64,000 bases of DNA, taken from NCBI GenBank assembly GCA_040954595.2, contig CM082576.2, forward strand, positions 13,829,129-13,893,128, given 5' to 3'. The notes under the pieces are model-generated. The model saw only the letters and a list, made by a program, of their open reading frames with translations, was not told the DNA's origin and made no database searches. A program made the translations under genes and the position numbers. This document shows, in pieces, positions 40,001 through 52,000 of the stretch (positions within the stretch are counted from its first letter, which is position 1; every line of letters starts with the position of its first letter). The DNA is from Balanoglossus misakiensis (Eukaryota; Animalia; Hemichordata).

Positions 40001-43000
40001 AGACAACACCCATCTTATGTTCAACAGGGTGTGATACCAGAGGGTATGACAGCTGAAGAATGGAGACAACACCCATCTTATGATCAACAGGGTGTGATAC
40101 CAGAGGGTATGACAGCTGAAGAATGGAGACAACACCCATCTTATGTTCAACAGGGTGTGATACCAGAGGGTATGACAGCTGAAGAATGGAGACAACACCC
40201 ATCTTATGTTCAACAGGGTGTGATACCAGAGGGTATGACAGCTGAAGAATGGAGACAACACCCATCTTATGTTCAACAGGGTGTGATACCAGAGGGTATG
40301 ACAGCTGAAGAATGGAGACAACACCCATCTTATGTTCAACAGGGTGTGATACCAGAAGGTATGACAGCTGAAGAATGGAGACAACACCCATCTTATGCAC
40401 CAGAGCATGCTTCCGCCATCCAAGGTGGACAGGTCCCAGAACAATCACCCAAGTACACTGGAGTCACACGAAGAAAACCTGAATATGCAAGGGAAGAATT
40501 CAAGGCAGGAAGATTGCCATCTGAAGATTCTGGCATATATTCCAGGTCTGAAAGTGTGAGCACTAGTGGAGGAAACGGTCCAAAGTCTGGGCAGTCATAT
40601 TTAGACGACAGTATGTCCAGAGAGCTCATGGATACCGCTCCCAGTGGCTGGAGGCCGGACAGCAGTCCAGAGAGATCTTCTCCACACGGGTCGCGAAAGA
40701 GTAGCCCAGAGAGGAAACCAGAAAGAGGTGCATCTCCTGCTCTGCGCCCAGCATCAGGTGGGACGTTTGTCGTAGTGGACAGCTCTGGCAAAATTGTCAG
40801 CGAAAGTATCGTCCAGCCGATTGAAGGTTCTGCTGGCCAGGTTTTCAGGTATGTGGATCCTGCAGACCTTCCTCCAGAGCTATATGCAGAGTATGCGGCC
40901 CAATCAGAGGACCAGCCGCGACCGGAAACTGCGGAAGAAGGCGTTCAAGCAGGATTGCCGGTGGAAGGTCCCAAGAAGTCTGCGTACATTCTAACAGGTG
41001 CTGTTCAAGCCAGCACCTCCCTGGATAAGGGCCTTCAAAGAGTACAAGAGGGTGATCTCTCAAGAGGAAGCACGCCAGCCTCATCCAGAGAAGCGAGTCC
41101 GGATAGAAAGAAGGATCGCTACCAACCAGGTGAGATATGTGCTCATGAAATTAATAGGGCGGAGCATAGTGTTGTAACTGTTGTTCCTGTGCATGTGGAA
41201 AGTGAAGTTGTACGGAAGGATGCGAAAGAAGGTGAGGTGAATGCTGATAGTGATATTTCGACTGATGTTCCTTCCTCTTACTCCTTTCCTTTGCATGAAC
41301 ATGTTCTTCCTAGTACTGGTCTACCTGACTATCCTTCTAATAAGATTATATTGCACGTACCTTCCATTCAGACTGACAGCTTTGAACTAAGTTACACTGA
41401 ACAAACTGACTCGGAGAAAAACATGGTTAAATTACCAGAACAAAAGGTAGAATTTGTAAGTGGACGGGAAAATTTGTGTACCAAGGATCCTGAAATTATC
41501 AAAGTTGAAATTTCTCTAGCAACAACAAAAAATGAGACCGTTGAAACATTTTCATTTGTGACAATGGATGACAAAGGTGACATACCCATAGAAACAACCA
41601 TCCCTACCACAATCGTACATGTACCTGCAGAAATGCATGGCACTGTAGACTTCCTAAGTGATATCCCACCTGCTACCCTCCCAACTGAACTGACCCCACT
41701 CAGATCACACCGTTTGCCACAAGAAGTAGTTGTAGTTAAGCACAATAAACGCGGAGGCGTTCTTCCTGTATCACCTGCTCTGCCTGAGGCGTGGCAAAGT
41801 GAACCAGAAGAGCTACCTGCAGATGAATCACATGAGAAAGGGAATATTACATTTGATATTGTTGAAGAAGCAGTTGAAATTGCCCCTGTTGAATCTCAGC
41901 CACAAGTGTGTGATGCATCTGCAGGGATTTGCCCTGGTTTGGAATATGTGGTAGAGCAAGAACTGCCATCTGCAACATCCACAGCTGTAGAATCTGAGCT
42001 TGTAATGCCATTAGAACAGAAGCCTCCAACAGCTATAGATATTGATTTTGCTAAAGGAAATTTGCTTCTAGAGGGACACGAAGCAATATCAAATGAAGGG
42101 GTACTATTATCTGATGGATTTTATGGAAAATATGAAAGGTATGTATCAATGCCGCGACAAGAGGCAATTGTAAGCTGGGTCAAAGATAATGGTGATTATA
42201 ATGTGATAATGACGCCGGCAGATCAAAGCTTAGATGGCATAATTGCAGGTTTGCCACAAGAAGAAGAAGACAAACCTAAACGTGATGAAGAATACATGGT
42301 GTCACCAGAACCTCTTCGGGAGTCTAAATATCCAGAAACTTCAACTGCTGTTTCGTCAACTGTACAAGAAACTTCAGAAATGTCCAGCGCATATGTTGGA
42401 AGGTTAGATGAACCATTGGAAACAGTGTCCACAGAACAGCTACCTTCCCAACCTTATGCTGAAGATGAATCAGAAGAAGAGGAGAAGCCACTACACAAAT
42501 TAGAACACCAAGCCCCTATGTTAATGGAGAAAGGGGAAACAGAAATTGACAAAGTGCAGAAATACGAAACGGAAAGAATTGCTGACATGCAAGACGAACC
42601 TGAAGAAGGGCAAGAAGCATCGCCCACATCTACTGAACCTGAGAGGCAAGTTCAACCAGAGCCAAATATTGAAGCATCTGCTCTAATATCTGTGCCACTG
42701 TCAGAAAACGCTATTACTGAGGTGACCATAGGTGTAACAATTCCATCAGAAATGCGTATGATTTCCGAGGAAGGAGCCTTTGATGAAATTCCTGAAGCTG
42801 TACTTCCGACTAGAGAGTATGTTTCACCAAAAACAAGTGATGTGCATGAATCTGAAGAATTGGACGTTGCTAAAGATGATGAAGTTGATGTGTTAACAGA
42901 GCCAGAGAAAACTGCTACATTCCCTTCTATTATTCACCCAGTACAAGAACTTGTTGGAGCTGGATCACAGACTGTTGAGGGTCTTAAGGAGGAGGCAGAC

Positions 43001-46000
43001 TATGGTGAAACTTCAGATGAGCATGAGAACATTCAGATGGAAATGCCATCAGTTGAATATGCATTTCCCAAAGAAGTAATAAGCGAAGACGAAAGACAGC
43101 CTGAAAGTGAAGCAGATCAACACCAAGCTTCCAAGTTAGATGAACCAGAGACAACAGGTAAAAGACAACCGAGTTGGGATGATGACAGACTTGAAGAGTC
43201 TGACAAAAAAGAAGTATCTGCGAAGGATGAGAAAGGTTCATATGGAGAACGGATTATACCGACAAAACGAAGAAAATTGAGTGAAAGCTCAACATCGTCC
43301 AGTAGTACTTCATCAGATGAGAGTGACGAAAACCTGATTGAACGGTCATTACCTGAAATTAAAGGCATACAAGATAAACCTGATGAATTTCAAGAAGAGG
43401 CAGGCTTGGAAACTGTGCCTGATGTTCACACTGGAAAGTTGGTGGAGGGCTATTCTGAAATAGCAGCTGAAGATGGCAGTGTGGTTATTGAAAGGACGCC
43501 TATGCATTATGCAGCAGAGTCAACAGAGTTGTCACCGTATGAAGATACTGACAAGTATGCTAAAACTCTCTTGACTGACCAAGTGGCAGAAGAGAATATT
43601 GTAGTGGAAACACCAAAGCAGGAGGCGCTTACAATAAGTGACACTTCAATCGAAGGAGAGCTTGAATTGGCTTATAAAGAAGGAACCATCAGTGATGTAA
43701 CAGTAGAACATATGGGTGAGCCACTACCTCTTGAAACAATTGAGCATTTTGAAATGGCTCATGAGGAGAATGCTGACCTGAAAACTTCTGTCGGAATAGA
43801 TGTTGAAAGAACCGAAGAACATTATGTTGCTCCTGTAAGTAAGACAGGGGAAGACAAAAAGCCAAGACCAGAACTTGAAGTCATCTCTTTGATTGAACAT
43901 ACCATGCCTGTTGAAGAAATTCATGTGGATGGAGACACGGTTGAAAAGGTTAAAATGCTAGAAGACATGCCCCAAAGTGAGGATGAACAGTTGTTCACCG
44001 GACCAGTAGATGCAAAACCAGATTTAAAAAGAGAGCATGTTGTTGTTGTCACATCGGAAGAACCTGAAACGAAAAAGGCAAAGGCAGTGGAAGACCAAGG
44101 TCACCCATCTCCTACTTTGGTGGTCCATCCAGTAAAATTGGATGAGGCAAAAGAAAATTTTATGGATACAGAAACATCTCTTGCAGTGGGAAGAGACAGG
44201 CCTGATGTCAAAGAAGCAGAAAAGGTGGATCATCCTGTAGAACTCTCAAAAGCAGAAGGTGTGAGAGCTGAATTCAGAGTGGATGAAATGGCTGTAGACA
44301 AAGATAAATTTGCTCCTGAAGTGAAGGATATGAGCGAGGAAGACCTTCTTTCAGTGGGAAGAGACAGACCTGATGTCAAAGAAGCAGAAAAGGTAGACCT
44401 CACAAAAGCAGAAGGTGTGAGAGCTGAATTCAGAGTGGATGAAATTGCTGTAGACAAAGATCAATTTGCTCCTGAAGTGAAGGATATGAGCGAGGAAGAC
44501 CTTCTTTCAATGGGAAGAGACAGACCTGATGTCAAAGAAGCAGAAAAGGTAGAACTCACAAAAGCAGAAGGTGTGAGAGCTGAATTCAGAGTGGATGAAA
44601 TGGCTGTAGACAAAGATCAATTTGCTCCTGAAGTGAAAGACATGAGCGAGGAAGACCTTCTTTCAATGGGAAGAGACAGACCTGATGTCAAAGAAGCAGA
44701 AAAGGTAGAACTCACAAAAGCAGAAGGTGTGAGAGCTGAATTCGGAGTGGATGAAATGGCTGTAGACAAAGATCAATTTGCTCCTGAAGTGAAGGATATG
44801 AGCGAGGAGGACCTTCTTTCAATGGGAAGAGACAGACCTGATGTCAAAGAAGCAGAAAAGGTAGAACTCTCAAAAGCAGAAGGTGTGAGAGCTGAATTCA
44901 GAGTGGATGAAATGGCTGTAGACAAAGATCAATTTGCTCCTGAAGTGAAGGATATGAGCGAGGAAGACCTTCTTTCAATGGGAAGAGACAGACCTGATGT
45001 CAAAGAAGCAGAAAAGGTAGAACTCTCAAACGCAAAAGGTGTGAGAGCTGAATTCAGAGTGGATGAAATGGCTGTAGACAAAGATCAATTTGCTCCTGAA
45101 GTGAAAGACATGAGCGAGGAAGACCTTCTTGCAATGGGAAGAGACAGACCTGATGTCAAAGAAGCAGAAAAGGTAGAACTCACAAAAGCAGAAGGTGTGA
45201 GAGCTGAATTCAGAGTGGATGAAATGGCTGTAGACAAAGATCAGTTTGCTCCTGAAGTGAAAGACATGAGCGAGGAAGACCTTCTTTCAATGGGAAGAGA
45301 CAGACCTGATGTCAAAGAAGCAGAAAAGGTAGAACTCACAAAAGCAGAAGGTGTGAGAGCTGAATTCAGAGTGGATGAAATGGCTGTAGACAAAGATCAA
45401 TTTGCTCCTGAAGTGAAAGACATGAGCGAGGAAGACCTTCTTTCAATGGGACGAGACAGACCTGATGTCAAAGAAGCAGAAAAGGTAGAACTCTCAAACG
45501 CAAAAGGTGTGAGAGCTGAATACAGAGTGGATGAAATGGCTGTAGACAAAGATCAGTTTGCTCCTGAAGTGAAAGACATGAGCGAGGAAGACCTTCTTTC
45601 AATGGGAAGAGACAGACCTGATGTCAAAGAAGCAGAAAAGGTAGAACTCTCAAACGCAAAAGGTGTGAGAGCTGAATTCAGAGTGGATGAAATGGCTGTA
45701 GACAAAGATCAGTTTGCTCCTGAAGTGAAGGATATGAGCGAGGAAGACCTTCTTTCAATGGGAAGAGACAGACCTGATGTCAAAGAAGCAGAAAAGGTAG
45801 AACTCTCAAACGCAAAAGGTGTGAGAGCTGAATTCAGAGTGGATGAAATGGCTGTAGACAAAGATCAGTTTGCTCCTGAAGTGAAAGACATGAGCGAGGA
45901 AGACCTTCTTTCAATGGGAAGAGACAGACCTGATGTCAAAGAAGCAGAAAAGGTAGAACTCACAAAAGCAGAAGGTGTGAGAGCTGAATTCAGAGTGGAT

Positions 46001-49000
46001 GAAATGGCTGTAGACAAAGATCAGTTTGCTCCTGAAGTGAAGGATATGAGCGAGGAAGACCTTCTTTCAATGGGAAGAGACAGACCTGATGTCAAAGAAG
46101 CAGAAAAGGTAGAACTCACAAAAGCAGAAGGTGTGAGAGCTGAATTCAGAGTGGATGAAATGGCTGTAGACAAAGATCAGTTTGCTCCTGAAGTGAAAGA
46201 CATGAGCGAGGAAGACCTTCTTTCAATGGGAAGAGACAGACCTGATGTCAAAGAAGCAGAAAAGGTAGAACTCACAAAAGCAGAAGGTGTGAGAGCTGAA
46301 TTCAGAGTGGATGAAATGGCTGTAGACAAAGATCAATTTGCTCCTGAAGTGAAGGATATGAGCGAGGAAGACCTTCTTTCAATGGGAAGAGACAGACCTG
46401 ATGTCAAAGAAGCAGAAAAGGTAGAACTCACAAAAGCAGAAGGTGTGAGAGCTGAATTCAGAGTGGATGAAATGGCTGTAGACAAAGATCAATTTGCTCC
46501 TGAAGTGAAGGATATGAGCGAGGAAGACCTTCTTTCAATGGGAAGAGACAGACCTGATGTCAAAGAAGCAGAAAAGGTAGAACTCACAAAAGCAGAAGGT
46601 GTGAGAGCTGAATTCAGAGTGGATGAAATGGCTGTAGACAAAGATCAATTTGCTCCTGAAGTGAAAGACATGAGCGAGGAAGACCTTCTTGCAATGGGAA
46701 GAGACAGACCTGATGTCAAAGAAGCAGAAAAGGTAGAACTCACAAAAGCAGAAGGTGTGAGAGCTGAATTCAGAGTGGATGAAATGGCTGTAGACAAAGA
46801 TCAGTTTGCTCCTGAAGTGAAAGACATGAGCGAGGAAGACCTTCTTTCAATGGGAAGAGACAGACCTGATGTCAAAGAAGCAGAAAAGGTAGAACTCACA
46901 AAAGCAGAAGGTGTGAGAGCTGAAGTCAGAGTGGATGAAATGGCTGTAGACAAAGATCAATTTGCTCCTGAAGTGAAAGACATGAGCGAGGAAGACCTTC
47001 TTTCAATGGGACAAGACAGACCTGATGTCAAAGAAGCAGAAAAGGTAGAACTCTCAAACGCAAAAGGTGTGAGAGCTGAATTCAGAGTGGATGAAATGGC
47101 TGTAGACAAAGATCAGTTTGCTCCTGAAGTGAAAGACATGAGCGAGGAAGACCTTCTTTCAATGGGAAGAGACAGACCTGATGTCAAAGAAGCAGAAAAG
47201 GTAGAACTCTCAAACGCAAAAGGTGTGAGAGCTGAATTCAGAGTGGATGAAATGGCTGTAGACAAAGATCAGTTTGCTCCTGAAGTGAAGGATATGAGCG
47301 AGGAAGACCTTCTTTCAATGGGAAGAGACAGACCTGATGTCAAAGAAGCAGAAAAGGTAGAACTCTCAAACGCAAAAGGTGTGAGAGCTGAATTCAGAGT
47401 GGATGAAATGGCTGTAGACAAAGATCAGTTTGCTCCTGAAGTGAAGGATATGAGCGAGGAAGACCTTCTTTCAATGGGAAGAGACAGACCTGATGTCAAA
47501 GAAGCAGAAAAGGTAGAACTCTCAAACGCAGAAGGTGTGAGAGCTGAATTCAGAGTGGATGAAATGGCTGTAGACAAAGATCAATTTGCTCCTGAAGTGA
47601 AAGACATGAGCGAGGAAGACCTTCTTTCAATGGGAAGAGACAGACCTGATGTCAAAGAAGCAGAAAAGGTAGAACTCACAAAAGCAGAAGGTGTGAGAGC
47701 TGAATTCAGAGTGGATGAAATGGCTGTAGACAAAGATCAGTTTGCTCCTGAAGTGAAGGATATGAGCGAGGAAGACCTTCTTTCAATGGGAAGAGACAGA
47801 CCTGATGTCAAAGAAGCAGAAAAGGTAGAACTCACAAAAGCAGAAGGTGTGAGAGCTGAATTCAGAGTGGATGAAATGGCTGTAGACAAAGATCAGTTTG
47901 CTCCTGAAGTGAAAGACATGAGCGAGGAAGACCTTCTTTCAATGGGAAGAGACAGACCTGATGTCAAAGAAGCAGAAAAGGTAGAACTCACAAAAGCAGA
48001 AGGTGTGAGAGCTGAATTCAGAGTGGATGAAATGGCTGTAGACAAAGATCAATTTGCTCCTGAAGTGAAGGATATGAGCGAGGAAGACCTTCTTTCAATG
48101 GGAAGAGACAGACCTGATGTCAAAGAAGCAGAAAAGGTAGAACTCACAAAAGCAGACGGTGTGAGAGCTGAATTCAGAGTGGATGAAATGGCTGTAGACA
48201 AAGATCAATTTGCTCCTGAAGTGAAGGATATGAGCGAGGAAGACCTTCTTTCAATGGGAAGAGACAGACCTGATGTCAAAGAAGCAGAAAAGGTAGAACT
48301 CACAAAAGCAGAAGGTGTGAGAGCTGAATTCAGAGTGGATGAAATGGCTGTAGACAAAGATCAATTTGCTCCTGAAGTGAAGGATCTGAGTGAGGAAGAC
48401 CTTCTTGCAATGGGAAGGGACACAGCAGACAGTGATGAAGCTTCCAGGACAGAACTACATGATGTCCAAACCCAATTTTCAGTAAATGAAATTGCCATAC
48501 CACAAGTGCCAGATGAGAGTGAAATTGTCGTACCTCCTGTTTCCAAAGTAGAACAAAAGGAACACCCAGAACATCTCTTAGAGGCTGCTGTTATTCACAG
48601 TGAAGTTGCAGTAGAGGAAGGTGCAATAGATAGTGGTGAGTTAAACACAGAAAATGCAGACTTAGAAGAAGATATTGAACAAAGAATAAAAGAGGCTCAA
48701 CCAGCTATTGAGGAGGAGGTAGCCTTTCCAGTTCATCAAGCAGTTATTGTAACAAAGCCTGATGAGACTACGCTTGACAAAGCTGAACTTTGCGAAGGAA
48801 AAATTCACAACCGTGAAATACCCGACACTGGCAGTTATAACAAACACTACATGCATGTGGAAGTTGTTCAAGCATCATTTGCTGAAGAACATGACGACCT
48901 CGGTAATGGAGAAGGATCCGACGCAGTAAAACTCAAAGTTGAGAAGTCAACACCACCATCATTTCTTGAAAGGGAAGAAGCATTTCAACATGGAGACACT

Positions 49001-52000
49001 GAATCCGATTCAGATCTCAGATCTCTTGATCACGATGTGAAAGAATCTCTCCCGTCAGTAAAGGATTTGCCTCTCTCCGTTGGTTACTATTCTGACAGTT
49101 TGAGCGAAGAACGCGTAGAGCAAGAGCACACTGATGTACATACTGAGTCACCAACTGCAACACACGTGGCAATACCTGGTGAGGTGCCTGCAGGCCGTGA
49201 AGCTAAGAAAGAACACGTTTCACTCACAGAAATCGATCCTGTAGAGGAAGGTGAAAGTGTTCTATCGGGCTCTCGGATGAAACAGAGCGAGTTTTCTATG
49301 CCTGCAAGCATTGTACCCGGTAGAGAAACAATCGCACCACAACAGGCACACACGCTTACACCATACGAAAGTTCTGCCGAGGACTATAGCTTGCCTAAAG
49401 AGGAGCGACCGGCCGTGGCAACTATTGCTTCTGTTGAAATCCAAAGAACTGCCAAAGCTGGTGAAGCATACCGGGATATCGCCGACACGGCCGAGGAGAA
49501 GGTGTCTACGTATGCCACACCAGACAGTTTGCACGTTTCTGCGGGTTTCCAATCACCACCAACTCATGCCAATCAAAACGCACCCATTCCTACTGACCTG
49601 TCTTCTGAATTTCCACTGCGTGAAGAAACTCAGAAAACAGGTGAGATGCCAGCAGCACCCATCACGCCCGACAAGGATCTCACTCGCGCTCCAGTGGAGA
49701 CCGTCCAGGCTTCACCCGAGTCTAGTGTAATAACCGCACCTCTTGAATCTCTTCGACTCTCTGAAGACTTGACACCCACTGCAAGTCTCGAGCCTTCAGA
49801 CTCGTCTTCCACCGAACTCACTGCACCTTCTGAAATCTCTCCTACTGAACCTATCTCGAGAACTTCTCCTTCTGCTGTGCCTGTCGACTCTCTGGTTACC
49901 GATCTGTCTTCTGGGGAACCCTCGCAAGGTGACGTGGCTCGTGCTGAAGAACCACAGTCCACCGTTCCAACTAAATTGCATGTACTTCCCATTTCAGTCA
50001 CAGAAGGTGAATTTTCAGGGGAACCAGTGCCAGGGAAACCTGGCGTTGTGAGACTGCCGATCATCTACAAAGACATGCCGCAAGCAGAAATGCCAGAAAG
50101 GTCATTTATTGGTCCTAAGGAGGTGGGCTGGCAAGAGGCAGGTGTTCTTGATGTCAATCTAAGAAAAACAGATGACAAGAAACCAGCAAGGCCTGGAGAC
50201 ATTCCAGGTAAGAAAAAAATTGTTCTTTGAGCTAATGCTTATGATGCCAAATAATTCAATCAGACAAGGTAATAAAATTACCAAGTCCATAAAATGTTAT
50301 TCTTACAGAGTAAAGAAAGGTAATCTGCAATGCTATTATTGTAAGTGATGGTATCAGATGCCCAGAGTAAAAATTCTAAACATTCTTGAAGAACGTAGGG
50401 TTGTGTGATTTTATTTGCAAATTTTCATTTACAATAAAATAGCATTGTTGTGTCTGTATCCATCCATTTTTAATGTGCCCAATAACAATAACAATAACAT
50501 AAACATACTGTAAAACGAGAAATTTTCGCAAGCGATAAATTTTTACAAACTATGCAGGCAAACAAAAAGTGAAAATTAGAAGTCGCGTCAAAATGTTTTT
50601 TTTTTTAACGATGCAGTAGAATACGAGAGCATGATAATTTATCGTCGCATAAAAGTTGCCTCTGTTGATATCCTGATAATTTCATGTTGCGAAAAATTTC
50701 CCGTTTTACAGTATTTCAATCAGTTGTTGAAATGGAAAGAAATGTGTCCCCACAATGACATCGACTAAAATATTTCACCATATCTCTTTGCACCACAGAG
50801 ACTCCTGTCAAATATGCTGAGCATAAACCACTTGAAGCCAAGGAAACACACCTCAAACCACTTGAAGAGATGCAAGCCTACAGTGTTGGCAAGCCCAAGG
50901 AGTACAGCATTCCAGAATCCAGAGAAATCAAGAAAGACTTTGTCCACCCTGCCAAGGCAACTGAACTGGAGAGACAGAGAAGCGAAGTGACCAGGCAGAC
51001 CCAGCCCAAGGGAGAACCTCAGCCAGCTGATGTCGCCAGACGAGATGAGCTTGAGAGAAGACCTCGTCTCAAGGGCAGCGGTGAAAAGATTGTCAAGTTA
51101 CAACAGGCCTTTGATGCTTTGCGAAGCCAGGTATGTCTTGCCAACAAATTTGTGCTGTATCTGTTCAAAGAGGCCTCCTTTTGACAATATACTACTGTCA
51201 CTGCATTTTAATTTAAGGGAGTTTATTTAATTTTTTGCACATTTCAAATTGTGAATGCATGGGTTCAAGGTTCTATTGAGTCAGAAAAAATGCTTAAAAA
51301 TCAAAACTGTTCTGTGCTTGTTTTGAAATAAGCTTGCATCAAAATTCTTCCCGCCACGAGATCGTTCACAAATGTTCTTTCATTGTTCCATTTTATTTGC
51401 AGATGGGTGAGAAGGGAAGCAAGCTGCAGTCGGCACTGGCATTGCAAGAAGATTACCAACATTCCTTACTGGATCTAACAGAAAGGATAGAAAATGGAAA
51501 GGCAAACTTGACCAGCACAGATTTAGTGGAAGACCTCGATGAACAGCTACAGAATGTGCAAGTAAGTTCATCTTTCGTACGGACATAGCTACAGAGACCA
51601 CACTGAAAAAATAATCGGGTGAGACTGAGTTGAAGCTCGCCAGTAGAGGGCGCTGTTGATTGATATGAAGTTGGTCTAATGATATTCTGTCTGGACAGTC
51701 CATTAGTGAGAACTTCTAGCTTATACTTGCTCTGTGGCAGATGTACGAGGGAATTATGTCCAAATTCTTCACATTTTCAGGAGCTTGTTGCCGAGATAGC
51801 AGAGATGAAGGAACTGAACACTCTGGTTGGCGAGAAAGGGCAACTGGTCATCAAGGAAGGCGATGTAGCAGGGCAACAAGCCATGGATGCAACTCTTGGA
51901 TTGCTCGGTGATAGATTGGATGAACTCAGGATACAGGCGTCCAGCAAACTGAACCAGATCAGTGTAAGTTTATGAAACTGGTTTATTTAGGACCTTTGCT

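Noticed and set aside
39308-40448. Long minus-strand ORFs (378 aa, 285 aa)
   Set aside because: Antisense shadows of the 63-bp coding repeat, which lacks stops in those frames.
44180-48421. Regular repeat array as possible CRISPR
   Set aside because: Contiguous tandem units with no unique spacers, in-frame coding, eukaryotic context, no cas genes.
38993-50230. 3745-aa ORF as a stand-alone gene
   Set aside because: It starts at TTG, the frame extends to a splice acceptor at 38861, and a phase-compatible donor lies at 50207; it is better explained as an exon.
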